NCBI RefSeq assembly: GCF_009914755.1
Contig: NC_060938.1
Length of the DNA stretch: 64,000 bases
Direction: 5' to 3' (one strand)
DNA from: the human T2T-CHM13v2.0 reference genome, Homo sapiens
A model generated the notes under the pieces. The model saw only the letters and a list, made by a program, of their open reading frames with translations, made no database searches and was not told where the DNA came from. How positions within the stretch are numbered: position 1 is the first letter of the stretch; every line of letters begins with the position of its first letter. The translations under genes were made by a program, and so were the position numbers. Of the stretch, positions 14,133 to 25,848 are shown in pieces.

Positions 14133-14767
14133 GATGAAGAAGAAAACTGCCGAAGAAACTAGGTGATGACCAATGCATGCAAGCTGGGCAGAGAGGAAAT
14201 CTGAAGTAGCATCTGATTCTCGCTCTTATTACCAGTCCTAGCTCAAAACAACACCCTTTGCTCTGTTGCAAATATTCTCTTGCAAGGGTTGGATAAACTT
14301 AAATTTTAAGAGTGGATAAACTTGTGGTTGGCTGGAAGTAAAATGAAAGACTTTCTCTCATCATTGACATCCAAACATTGAAAAGTTCTGTTGATTCTTT
14401 CTTCTAAACTTTTCTGAAATCCTTCTCTCTCATCCTCACTCCCACCGACTTAGTTTAAAAATCCTGTAGGTCTCATCTAGTATCCTCTTAATTTGTCTCT
14501 CCATCTGTCCACTCTTCCTATTCATTCTACAATATCTTTCCAGTATTGAGTTAAATTAGCCACAGCTTGTGGATCCACAGGAGAGACAACATGTAAATAA
14601 GCTGTTACAAAACAATGCAGTACATCCCTGATCTATTTGGTTCTATGTGAGCATAGAGAGGTCAGAATTTCAAGGGAGGGGCAAGGCAAAAAGTAACATT
14701 TAATGGAGGCGCTGTTTACTAATGTTGTAAATAAAAATAGAACCTTCTAATGATAATTTCACTACTC

Positions 14768-14992
14768 CTAATAGTTATTGAGTTATTCCTGTGTGTCAGT
14801 GAAAAGGACTGTTTTGAGTCCTTTTCATACGTGATCTCATTCAGTTCTCACAACCACACTCTGTAGTAAGCACTACTGTTATCCCCTCTTTACATAGGAG
14901 GAAACCAAGGCTTAGAGAGTTTAAATGACTGGCCCAAGGTTACATAGCTGAGTAGGGGTGGAGTTAGGATTTTAACTAAGGCAGTCTGAGTT
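14768..14992 (-). mobile_element. MIR
   Basis: TTATCCCCTCTTTACATAGGAGGAAACCAAGGCTTAGAGAGTTTAAATGACTGGCCCAAGGTTACATAGCT. Confidence 0.85.
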
Positions 14993-15657
14993 CATTTATT
15001 TAGAGGCAAAGAGGAGTTGAGTTTTCGTATGCATTGCATTTGAGGAGTAGACTTGTTCCAAAGGCAGTGGGTATGTGGATCTTAAGTTCAGGAGATGCAG
15101 AGTTGGGAGTCAGCAGTCTATAGAAGTTACTTGAAGCTAAGAATGTTCATGCAAATGCCTCCAGGAGAGTGAGAGTTTGAATAGAGGAGATTCAAGGAGA
15201 GAAACTTAGATAAAGCTACCACGATCACAATGTAAGGGGAAACCTTAAACATGTCCAGGCACTACCAGGGAGGATCGTTATTTGAAGTATGTGTCACATC
15301 TATATTATAGTCAACAGTATTCAAATCCAATGACAACAGGCAGGTGCACTGTGCTTTTCTTCAAAGCTCTTTCCATAAGGTAGCAAATGAGCCATCTTGT
15401 AACCTCATCAGAAGAGAGGAGTGGCCTTCCAACCATCAGCTGAGCCTTGGCCCTCCTCTGGCCTATGCTATTCAGCCACCTAAGTATCCAAACAGCATGG
15501 CCGGGTTTGCACATAGGAGTTAGAACAGATCACTGGTTGTCCTGAAACCCTGCCTTAGCTCTGTCTTTTCCCAAAGTAGCTTACTTCTTCATTTAAATCT
15601 ATATCACAGCTACTAGCCTGGTGCCCTCTGTGACTCAGCTTCTGTAACTATCTAGAG

Positions 15658-15882
15658 TAGAGATCAACAAATGTTTCAGCAAATATTTTGGAGATCAGCA
15701 AACATTTTTAGCTTTGTGGACCATACAGTCTCTGTTGCAACTGCTCAATTCTGCTATCTGTTGTAGCATGAAAGAAGTCATAAACAATATGTAAACATAG
15801 CTGGGTGCTCCAATAAAACTTTATTTACCAAAACAGGTGATGGGTTGGATTTGGCTCATGGGCTGTGGTTTGATGACCCTTG
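15658..15882 (+). mobile_element. MER58A-like hAT-Charlie MITE
   Basis: GTCTCTGTTGCAACTGCTCAA, CCAATAAAACTTTATTTAC, end GTTTGATGACCCTTG; 8-bp TSD ATCTAGAG (15650) / ATGTAGAG (15883). Confidence 0.85.
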
Positions 15883-16947
15883 ATGTAGAGTCATGCCACT
15901 CTGTTTGGTGTCCTTTCAACAACACTTTCTCAGCTCTGATCCTTTCTTCATTAAACGCTTAGCTCCATACAGTTGAATACGCTTGTACTCATTCCTTATT
16001 CCGTTCTTATTCTCCTCTTTCTTGCATATTTTCTAGTATATTCCCTAGTAAAATTTTCTGCTTTGAGAAATATTTTAATAGTTACTGTAAGAGCAACTCC
16101 ATAGGTAGGCTAAAATGGAAGTGGCAGTTAACTGAACTATGGCATTGTGAAACCTATAGTGTTTTGGTGATCTGATCTATTTCTGTTCTAGTTTCTTAAA
16201 CACCTCTCCACCAAATTCAAAATCATTTATTACAAGTGATCTTGTTCAGTAGTGGAGTTGCACTTAATAACGTAACACATTAGGTTTTATTTGTAAAGTC
16301 AGGGATGATTTTGATTCCCATGCAGCAAACCCTTTTTGTGTGTTTTGCTTCTTTGGGAATTTGGTAATTTTGTGAAATATAGAAGGGTGCCTAGCGTTTC
16401 TTAGATGGAATCCCTATGGAAGGACACACATGGTGATTGTGAGATTACCCTGAGAATTGGGGAAATTCAGCTTACCACTGAACATTTAAATAGAAAATGA
16501 AAGCATCCATTGCATTTCAGGAGAATTGAAAATTGGAAAATAAGTACTAAAACAGTTTGCTTCTTAGTAAAGCAAGATTTAGAAAATATTGGAAATCTGC
16601 TAAAACATCATTTTCTTCCACAGTCCTTATCTTTAGGGGTTCTTGCTATTGATTATGAAGTATATTTGAATATTTTTTTAAATTGCAAAATCCTTATTTA
16701 TATACATTGATCTTTATACCAAGAGGGCTGATAGAGTAAGCTTGATTTTCTAATCTTCCTGATCTTAATTGAGTTGTTTATATAGCATTTCAAGTCTGCT
16801 ATCAATTAAGTAGCCATTCTGTGATGTGTGAGTTGAGGAGTGAAATACAGTGATTTTTGTGTCAACTCCGTTTGTGACAAGAAATCAATGCATGAACAGC
16901 AGAGCCAGGAAAACACTGAAATCCTTTTATGGTTTTACATTAATTTC

Positions 16948-17347
16948 TATGGCAGGTAGGGTAGACATGTGCTGCTTGATCCCTCTTCAGAACAGGTCTT
17001 GCTGCCCAGCTGTGGGGAGTGCAGTTAGTGCACAGCCTGAAGCTGTCAGCTCCTTTAGGGTCGGTCTCAGCTGAGGTCATGCCATTCCAGACAGCTCACA
17101 ACTGATATTGGTGTGAGATGAGGGGCTATAAAGACCAGGCCATTTCACCCTGAAGTAGGATATTCTGTTAGACAACACTTGTGCCAAAGTGCTCTGTCAG
17201 CTTTATGGGGCTAGAATTGCAATTTAACTTCCCCTTCTGCCCAATTTTGCTTCAGCTCCTTCATTTACAGGAGTTTATCCACTCACAAACATATTGCATT
17301 CAAAACTCCATCTCAGCATCTGCTTCCAGAGAATGTGGGTTGCAGTA
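16948..17347 (+). mobile_element. ERVL solo LTR (LTR16A-like)
   Basis: GATCCCTCTTCAG..TTGCTGCCCAGCTG, GCTGTCAGCTCCTTTAGGG, TATAAAG at 17127, AAACTCCATCTCAGCATCTGCTTCC. Confidence 0.75.
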
Positions 17348-17964
17348 GCAGGTGAGTGGTCAGCAACCCTCTGGCGTCCTCATGCAAGGGATAGATCTAT
17401 CAAGAAGACTTACACTTTGTAGTGTTTGGCCCTTAGTGGTGATGGGTTATCCCAAGTTATTCACATTGTCTCAATGGGTCCTCCAAGAGAAATGACTTGA
17501 AGCATAAAACAGAGCTGGATAATCTAGAGGCATATTCTGCTAAGCAGGTAGGAGAAACTGCTAGAAACCTTAATGGTTTGCCACCTTGCTAAAAAAAATT
17601 ATTTAGTCTTTTTGGCATCTGAGGTCTTAGTGGAAAACTTGTTTCTTCCATTTTTCCTGAATGCTTTTTTATGTGTACGCTCTTTTTCATTCCTCCAATT
17701 CTTCCTTGTTTATTCAGTGTCCCAGTTGCCACAACTTCTGTGGGCTCAGTTATCAGGCCTGGCTGAGGCTTCTGTGGATCAAAATGGGCATAAGAGTGTG
17801 CTACAGAAAAGAAGAGGAGAGGAAGCCAGCATTGGGCCAGGGGCCAGGAGAGCTCAGCCAGTGTGGCCCTGAGGAAGGGAACAATGGTCCCAATTATAGG
17901 CTCCAAGGAGTTTGGGTGGATTGGAGTCATTCTGGTTTCTGTTGAGATGTGGAAGGAGGCTGTT

Positions 17965-18250
17965 GTTTACCAAGAACCTGCATGCCTTCGGCCCTCTACA
18001 TGTCAGCTCATTTAAGTTTCAAACAAACGCACAAGGTAGATATTTTAGAGTTGAGGAAATTTTTAAATTTTTTATTTTATTTAAATTGATAAAATTCTAT
18101 GTGCTTATTGTGTACAAATGATATTTTGGAATATATGTACACATTGTGGAATGGCTAATCAAGCTAATTAACAGGTGTGTTACCTCATGAGTTGAGGAAA
18201 TTGAAGCATAGAGAGATTTAAGTGACTTGTCCAAGTTCATTTAATGGCTC
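17965..18250 (-). mobile_element. MIR interrupted by an L1 fragment
   Basis: Core TTTTAGAGTTGAGGAAATTGAAGCATAGAGAGATTTAAGTGACTTGTCCAAG is restored when 18062-18202 is removed. Confidence 0.7.
18062..18188 (-). mobile_element. Short L1MA-type 3' end insertion
   Basis: T-rich tail, TACACATTGTGGAATGGCTAATCAAGCTAATTAACA; perfect 14-bp TSD GAGTTGAGGAAATT (18048, 18189). Confidence 0.85.
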
Positions 18251-18283
18251 TGAATGTGCAGAGATGGTGGTGAGGAGTTAGTG

Positions 18284-18577
18284 CTGTAGTAGGTATTACT
18301 AGTTTTCTAACAAATACCCATTTTCCCTTCTGCTTTAGTAAGAGAACCCCAAATTTTAGCCACATTTGTTGTGGCCTTGAATAATAACTTTCCAGTGCAA
18401 CTAGGTATAGCCATATGACCAGATTCTTACCTATGAGACGTAAATGGAAGTGTTGTGTGAGATTGCTCTGAAGTCTCTTAAAGAAAAAACGGAGGTGATG
18501 AGATTTTTCTTGTTTCTTTCATCTTGCTGTCTGGAGTGCAGATATAATAGCTGGAGCTCTAGCAGCCACCGGGACTA
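18284..18577 (+). mobile_element. ERVL LTR33-like, 3'-truncated
   Basis: CCCATTTTCCCTTC..AGAACCCC, GCAACTAGGTATAGCCATATGAC, GCTGGAGCTCTAGCAGCCA. Confidence 0.6.
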
Positions 18578-18919
18578 TGTTACATTAAATTAAATTTGAT
18601 CTACAGTAGCCTCTGTACCTAGTATTCTGCAACTTAACTTATTTTGTACACAAACTGCAACCTCACTTTATTATAGTCTTGCAACAAATAGCTGAGTCTC
18701 AACTAATCCCAGTAGTTGAGCTTCAGCCAATCAGGGCTGCCAACTGATCAGATCATGCCCATATAAGACAAATACCTCAACCAGCATGCTTAAATAAGGC
18801 AGCTGCAACCAATCAAGTGGTTTCTGTATCACTTCCTTTTTCTGTTTATAAATACTACCTGTCCCCATTGCTGGGTGGAGCTCTCTGAACCTCTCCTGGT
18901 TCTCACTGCTACCCAGTTC
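18578..18919 (+). mobile_element. ERV1 LTR (MER57-like), 3'-truncated
   Basis: TGTTA..AAATTAAATTTG start, CTGCAACTTAACTTA, CAGCCAATCAG, CACTTCCTTTTTCTGTTTATAAAT, GGAGCTCTCTGAACC. Confidence 0.7.
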
Positions 18920-19187
18920 TAACCAGTAGTTCAGAGATCTTCATCCAATATGGGCAGGCAATATTTATGGACAGAAAAAGGAAATGACATATAGAAATAC
19001 TTTGATTATAGCTCAGTATTTGTCTTATATGAACAAATATAAGGCTGATCAGTTGGCAGCCTGTGACCGGCTGAGACTCAGCTATCTGTTGCAGAATATA
19101 CTCTTAAGTGAGGTTGCATTTTGTTTACATAGTAAGTTAGGTTGCAGTTCACTACATAGACAGCTTTAGGCCAAATTTCATTTAATA
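18920..19187 (-). mobile_element. Second MER57-like LTR in inverted orientation
   Basis: Reverse complement starts TATTAAATGAAATTTGGCCTAAAGCTG and carries the same motifs as 18578-18919. Confidence 0.7.
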
Positions 19188-19517
19188 AACTAAAAATGGA
19201 TCTCCATTATACATAAATATGGATATAATGTAGTTATTTTTGAATAACACCATTAAACTCCCCATGCCCCTTCTAACAGCAGTACCTAGGAAGTAGTTCA
19301 GGACCTTTCTGTTTAATCACTTTACTCCCAATATTGTGTGACACATACAAGCATGCTTTTAAGTGTCACCCCTTTGATAGACAAGTATTAATAACATTCA
19401 GAGTTGCTGTCTGGAATCAAATTTTCAGTCACAAATTTTCCTGTATCCTCATCACAAATGGTAGCTTCTGCCCAGTTGCATTTTAAAAGGAAACTCACCC
19501 TTTCGCACATCTTTCAG

Positions 19518-19567
19518 GAAAAATGAGAGGCTTAGTCTCTGACTGAGAAGATTTTAACTCAATTAAG
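19518..19567 (+). other. Candidate 50-nt non-coding exon
   Basis: Branch-like ACTCAC, CCTTTCGCACATCTTTCAG acceptor, AAG|GTGAGT donor; stops in all three frames. Confidence 0.4.
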
Positions 19568-20981
19568 GTGAGTGATTTGATCTTTAACCCATGGCAGTTT
19601 TGTTCTGAGGATACCTCACAACCAAAATGAGCACTGCAGTAGAGCAAATAGAGATCAGAACTAGGGTATCATTGGAATGAATGTTTGCATCTGACTCTGA
19701 TTACAATAAGCAACGTGGCCTAGCTGGGGAATGCTGTATTTTCACAATTGACAGACCAAGCAGCCTGCAGCAATCAGCAAAGGGCGGCTTATTTTGAGCA
19801 AAAACATCCATCACACTGTGATGAGAAAAGCAGAGCTGCAATCAGTGGCAGGTTCTTCCAAGAGCTGTTGATGAAAAATGGACTTTACATGTATCAAGCT
19901 GAGAAAGAACTGCCGCTCATTTTTTAGCCTCATTTGCATGCATGAACAACAACATTGGAAACATTTTTGAACATGAAAGAGAGTGAGACAATAGTTCCAT
20001 CATGAGTAGAACTTTTCTGTCCTCAATCATAAAATAGCACACCCAATCTGTGACAGGAATATATTAGGTTTCAAAAGGCAAGATAATAAGCAATTTCAAA
20101 GAAGGTTCTAACATTCACTCCGAAAGTCTTAGGCAGATGTATTATTTTCATTGGTATTATGATAAAAAAATTCCATTGATGTAACCAATAGAATGGAAAT
20201 CTTTGATAATATGTTCAGTCTTATCTATATTAACTCTATTTCACATGACTAAAAAATTAGAACTCTTTAGCTCTTGAATCCTTCCAACTGCATGATGTAT
20301 CATGAAAGCTCTGTAGGTTCAAAGTTTGTGATTTGAAGTGAAAGAAAAGTTGTTCGAGTAGGAATCTTTAGCTTTCTTCTTTTGACAGCATGTCCTGCTG
20401 TCGTTATGAGATTTTTGGTTTTGATATGTGCTAGGATATTTGGAAGTTTTGCCTAACGTGTCAGAAAGAAGCTAAAGATACAGAATGATCTTCATTTTTA
20501 AGCATTAAATTTCTCTCTCCTTAAGGCCCACTAACTATGCATAGAGGCATTTAGAACTGGGGCCTGATCTTGCCTTACAGGCTGCTCTGTTTGATTTTGT
20601 CCTGCCTCCTGCAGGGAAGCTGTGGGAGGAAAGTGAGATAATATATTGGTTTAAGTTTATGGCATCCAAAGTCTATTCAAAAGCATGGGCTTTCTCTCCT
20701 GTTTCTCATTTCCCATTGGGTAGTTTCTGAATTAGTTCTCGCCTTTTGTATTTGATTAATTTGCTCTATTTAAGTCCATGAGGATTGATTGTTTCTCTAT
20801 ATGAGTTTGCTGAAATGTAAAATAAGCAATCTGCCTGTTTCTTCAAACAAGAGGAAAATTAATACTGTGACCTAAAAGGATATTAATTAAAAAAAGAATA
20901 ATACGCATATCAATCAAAGATAAGGTCTCAGATGCCTCAGGCCTGATAGACTATCACTTTCTCCTTTTCTTTCTTGTGTAG

Positions 20982-21026
20982 TTGTTAAGGATTTCACATA
21001 TGGACTCTGGAGCTCATGTTCTAAAG
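20982..21026 (+). other. Candidate 45-nt exon
   Basis: CACTTTCTCCTTTTCTTTCTTGTGTAG acceptor, AAG|GTGAGG donor. Confidence 0.4.
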
Positions 21027-22112
21027 GTGAGGTTACTTTCCTGTCCTTGCTGTTTATATCTTACATAGAATTAGAAAGATGCCATGCAAAAAGCTATTGG
21101 CCACTCACTCATGGCTATGCATGCATTGTATCCAACTGCTCCTTCAATTTGTAGCAACCAAGTCAGGAGTGCTGTGGTCAGCTATTGGCTAAACTGTAAG
21201 CCGTGTCAGAGCAAATTTCAGAGGAAGTCTGTGAATGGTTGCTGATATGCTATCCACAGAGTAGGACTGTCTAGAAAAAATCCTGCTATTTATTATTTTC
21301 ATATTGAATTAGCTCCCCAATATCTCCTTAGGCTGACCACCAGCACTGTTGCCCTGATTACAAAAACCAACAGTTTTTGGAGCAGGGGGCATGGTAGGCA
21401 TGCCAACCCGAGCAGTTAAAATGTTAAATGCCTGACTTCATAATGTGTGGGTGGATGTTTGTGCTAAGTGTTAAAAAATATATCTTGCCACAGGGAGAAA
21501 ATGGTGATTTGAATACTCTTTTCAGAGCTCCCTGAGTTTCCTTGCTGTGGTTGAATAGGAAGTTGTGGAGCATTTTCCCATCAGTGAAATGCCTCTGTAT
21601 CCTTTTGGGGTGGTAGTAGAAAGCCTATAGGACTCATGATCCCTGATGTCTTCTTTCAGTTCTCTACATGGCATATTACATGATAGCATGAGAAAAATAT
21701 GCCAGCAATTCAAGCAGAAAGAATTCTAGAAGGCTCACTTCTCAGTCTTTATTCTCTGATGTGTATTGAATGACAATAGCAGTAAAACCTCAAGCTGTTC
21801 ATTTGGATCGGGCAGCCGTTGTGCACTTGGATATGACTATTCTTTTTATCAAATCTCCTGTTATTTGCATTTATATGATGCCTTTCTTCTAAAGCTCTTA
21901 AAGCAATTTCAGCTTCACAATACTTGTGTGAATTGAATAAGAAGAAACATACTTCATTTTGAGGTTGAGATAAAAGATAAATTGTCAATGACTCTCCTCA
22001 ACAGAACAGAACAGAGCGCAGTGGGTACTCAAACAATTTTTCCACACTGATTTCCCTGGAAACCTCAAAGAAAAGGTTATTTTAAAAAGGAGTTCTGATC
22101 CTGGGTCTAGAC

Positions 22113-22262
22113 ATCCTGGGGGCAAGGGTCCATTGACAGGCTTCAGGGCTTCTGTGAACTCCCTGAGAGATGTACAAAATGAAGTTCTCCTGCACATTTT
22201 CCTGGGCTGAGGGTTTGCATTGCTGTATTTACCAGATTCTAACATGGCTTAAGGACCATTGT
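22113..22262 (+). mobile_element. hAT-Charlie MITE (MER103-like)
   Basis: GGGTCCATTGACAGGCTTCAGGG..GTGAACTCCCTGA, CACATTTTCCTGGG..CAGATTCT..TTAAGGACCATTG. Confidence 0.5.
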
Positions 22263-22269
22263 CTGGAAC

Positions 22270-22445
22270 CATGCTCCTTAAATATCTAGTATATTCAAAT
22301 CAATTGAGATGTTTGTCAAAAATTCCAGGGCACATATCCAGAAATTCCAAGTTAATAAGTTTGGGGTGGGGTCTTGGGACCTGAATTTTGACACCAAGTG
22401 ATTCCAATTCTGGTGAACCAAGAGACTCATTTAGAGAAACATTGG
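22270..22445 (+). mobile_element. MER5-family MITE
   Basis: GGGGTGGGGTC..CCTGAATTTT..CCAAGTGATTC..TTTAGAGAAACATTG. Confidence 0.55.
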
Positions 22446-24002
22446 TCTAGCCCCTTGAAGGTGGCTTAGTAAGAAAGTCACTTACTGGCATCTTTGGAAA
22501 TTATTGTTTCAGACTGGGGAAGAGAAGCTAAAGTGCAAGACCAGAGAGAGGGTGCAGAAGCTGTAGTGGCAGAGAACGCCATATATTTCGTCATGTGTCC
22601 TAAAACCAGAATTGTATTTCAAGAGAAGTTAGGCTATCGGTCTGTGAAAGTGAAAGATTGAAAGTGGAAAATAAAACAGCTTAGATGAGAATGATTTAAA
22701 ATGTACAGGGGAAAGTGTTAGTAGACACAATACTATTTTTAGGTCTTTCTTATCTGTTTTATATTGCCCTTATATCAGAAAAACAGCTGCTGGCAGGAAA
22801 CAAATGCTCAATCAATTCATCAAATATCAGGGAGCTGGAAATTCAGATCCTGCCATTAACCAGAACATAAGAAATAACATTAGGTGAAGAGGAGCATTTT
22901 ACTGTATTGCTGGGAGAACTGAGTTAGCTGGACCAAGGTCTGTTCTAAAGCAGCAAAGTATTTTAGGATTTTCTGTCTTTACAAGCCCATGGAAGAATAG
23001 CATAAGTAGAGGGATTTTATTCCATTGAAGGGGGCACTTGTGTTTTTTTCCCAAAAAGGTAGTATGTTTGACAAGAAGTTCTGTGAAACTGTTATTTTAA
23101 ATACAGTCATTCCTGAACTAGGAGACCATCCGGATTCAGTATAAGTGGATGGGTTGACCAATGCAGGAATACATTTGATCCCATCCCCCATCAGTTCTCC
23201 ATGCTTTCCTTCAGGAAATATTCTCGACAAGGCCTGACAAAATCCTCTTGTTACTCTGTCATCATTCATGTTGCCAAATATACTTTGATGTGTGTGGCAC
23301 CAGACCACACTTAAGGAAAATTGCTTCATGAACTTTTATTTAAAACTATAATAATGTTAGCTCGGTGCCTTCTTTGCTTGTTACTTTGTCATTTAGTTTG
23401 GTTGTAAGAATATGATGCGGGTGGTAAGTCAATTGCTCTAAAACCTCACAGCAGTGTGTAAAGTACTATATTCATAAAGTACCTTTTGGGAAGTACATAG
23501 TGTCTTTTTGAAGAGATTTGTTTTAAATTTAACAGAGCCTTTTTCTGTAAATGTATTGACACACATTTAGAGCACACAATGCTGGAGCCTTGCAAGATCT
23601 TTAGAGAATATGTGTGCATGGCTGATGAAATGCCACGATTTGTTTGGAAAAAGCTTTTAGGAAACTAAATTGTATTAAAAGAGAAGTGAGCTTTTTAAAT
23701 GTGGGTATAATGTACCCTAATGTAAAGTTGTAGCACTTGATCCTGAAGAAAGATTTCGAGGAAAGCAAAGGGGGGTCGTGGCCGAAGGGATCTCTGTCCT
23801 TCAGGTTGGCCTGAGCCAACTGAAAGCGGTCTTCCTGCTGTCCTTCCTTGGCCAGGTTCTTTTGTGATCCCACTCTCCCTTCTCACCACCTTCACTTCCC
23901 TCCTCCAAAACACACTCGGAGTCCCATTCATTGTTGAACGCCCAGCACTGTAAAACTGGCACACACTCATGCTAAATAGATATTTGTTAAGTGAATTGAT
24001 GA

Positions 24003-24310
24003 GTGCTTAAAAATCTCCATGGATTTTCTATCAGTCTTTGGATAAAAGTTACAATCTTTACAATGACCTACAAAGCCGAGGCTGATCGTGTCCCTGTGAC
24101 TGCACTGACTTCATCTCCTAATGTTCTCCACGTCCCTCACACTGTTCCAGCTACACTGGCTTCCTTGCAGTTCCTCACATAAGCCAGGGCTAATGCCACC
24201 TGAGGGCCTTGTCATTTGCTATTCCCTCTGCCTGGAATGCGTTCTCCAGATACCTACATGGCTTCTTTCTCAACCTCCTGAAGTCTTCTCAATGAAGTCT
24301 TCCTACGCCT
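24003..24310 (+). mobile_element. L2 (L2a-like) fragment, continues at ~25790-26205
   Basis: CTGTTCCAGCTACACTGGCTTCCTTGCAGTTCCTC..AGGGCCTT..TTGCTATTCCCTCTGCCTGGAATGC; terminal TTTTTGAATGAAT at ~26195. Confidence 0.8.
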
Positions 24311-24317
24311 CATTCCT

Positions 24318-25010
24318 TATGTCAGGTATCTATTTATTGTTGTGTAATAAACCACCCCAAAATTTAGTGGCTTAAACAGGAATGATTTGTTATTTGCGAC
24401 AATTTTGCAGGTGAGTGGGTGTTCCTTCCCTATCTGGGGGAGTCTACATTCAGCGGAGAGCTCCACTGATACATCTTGATTTTCCTCCACATGGTCTCTC
24501 TCCGTGGTGGCTCATCCTCCAGGGCCTCTCTACGTGGCTCTCCTTCCAGTAGAATAGCCAGGCCTTGCTTAAGTCATACAGGCTGACTTCCAAGTGACAG
24601 CCTTCCAAGAAGAAGACAGGCCCCCAGGGGAAGGGCTTACCCAGCCTCTGCTTGTATCACACTTGCTAATGTCCTGTTGTTTAACTCCAGTCACATAGCC
24701 ATGGCCAGAGCCAATGTGGCAGGAGATTACACAAGTATATGAACACCGGGAGGTGTGGTTAATTGGAGACTACCAACCCAATAGTCTACTCCCGTCTGCC
24801 CTTTAGCCCCAAGTGATTCACTTCTCTCCCACCTGCAAATTACACTCACAACCTTCAAAGTCACATCCCATTAAGTCCTGTGGTTTACACTTGAGTTCCA
24901 GGATCTTCCAGGTTAGATCAGGGCCAGATTTGGCTGAAGCAAGTGGGTGCCATTCCCCAGGTGCTGCTCCTTAGTTGTCATTCTTCAGGTTTAAAGACCT
25001 ATAAACTGGG
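24318..25010 (-). mobile_element. MaLR LTR (MLT1H-like, ~24318-24792) plus adjacent MLT1 internal fragment
   Basis: TGTGTAATAAACCACCCCAAAATTTAGTGGCTTAAAC; GATTACACAAG..GAACACCGGGAGGTGTGG; then int-like GATTCACTTCTCTCCCACCTGCAAA. Confidence 0.65.
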
Positions 25011-25263
25011 TCAGCAAGATCGTTCTTTGCCTCTCAACTTCTACTGTAGAAATGCAGCATATTCCTTTCCAGTGGCCAATAGGATTTATTCTGCTTAGCT
25101 ATTTCTCTCCTTATGCAATTTAAATATTTTCTTTTTTGCTGTACCCTCAGAAAAGACATAGAAAATCTCATTGTTATGCTATAAGTTCATCATTTTTATA
25201 ATTACCAATTTTATCTTAAGTTGATCACTTTTATGATTACCAATTTAATCTGTTTCCTCCCAA

Positions 25264-25749
25264 TGTTTTAGTTATCTATTACTATATTTTAAAAAGCACC
25301 CCAAAATTGAATGGCTTGAAACAACAGTGCCTTATTATTTCTCTCAATTTTCTGGGTTTACTGGGTTTCTATTCTTTTTATGTGGTGTGGTGCCAGTGGG
25401 GTCTCTGCTGTATTTGCATGCAGGTGGGAGCTCAGTGGTGCACCTTCGTTCTTCTTCCTATTGTCATCCTCCCCACCTTGGTCTTGTGATCCAGGGCCTG
25501 TCCATGTGAACTTGTATCTCCAGAAGGATAGTCTGGACTTTCTTACAATGCGGCAGCTAGGTTCTCAGACAGTAATAAAGAAGCGGCCAGGTCTCGTAAG
25601 GGCCAGGCCTGGAGCTGATACCTCCACCTGTTCTATTAGTCAGAGCAGGTCAGAAGGCCAGCCTGGATTCAAGGAGAGAGAAAATAGACCCTATCTCTTA
25701 AGCGGAGAGATGGAATATTGGTGGCCATCTTTAGGGACTATCTACCACA
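25264..25749 (-). mobile_element. MaLR LTR (MLT1F/G-like)
   Basis: TAGTTATCTATTAC..CACCCCAAAATTGAATGGCTTGAAACAAC; GGCCAGCCTGGATTCAAGG; ends CTACCACA. Confidence 0.7.
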
Positions 25750-25848
25750 TTCCTTCTTTCCTGTTCATTTTCTCCTAACTTCTAATCACTCTGTATTTAT
25801 CTTATTATTTATTTTCAACACTGAATGTATGCTCAGTAAAGTCAGGGA

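Noticed and set aside
22979-23329. 116-aa minus-strand ORF in unique sequence
   Set aside because: No recognisable domain or convincing splice signals; length compatible with chance in 64 kb
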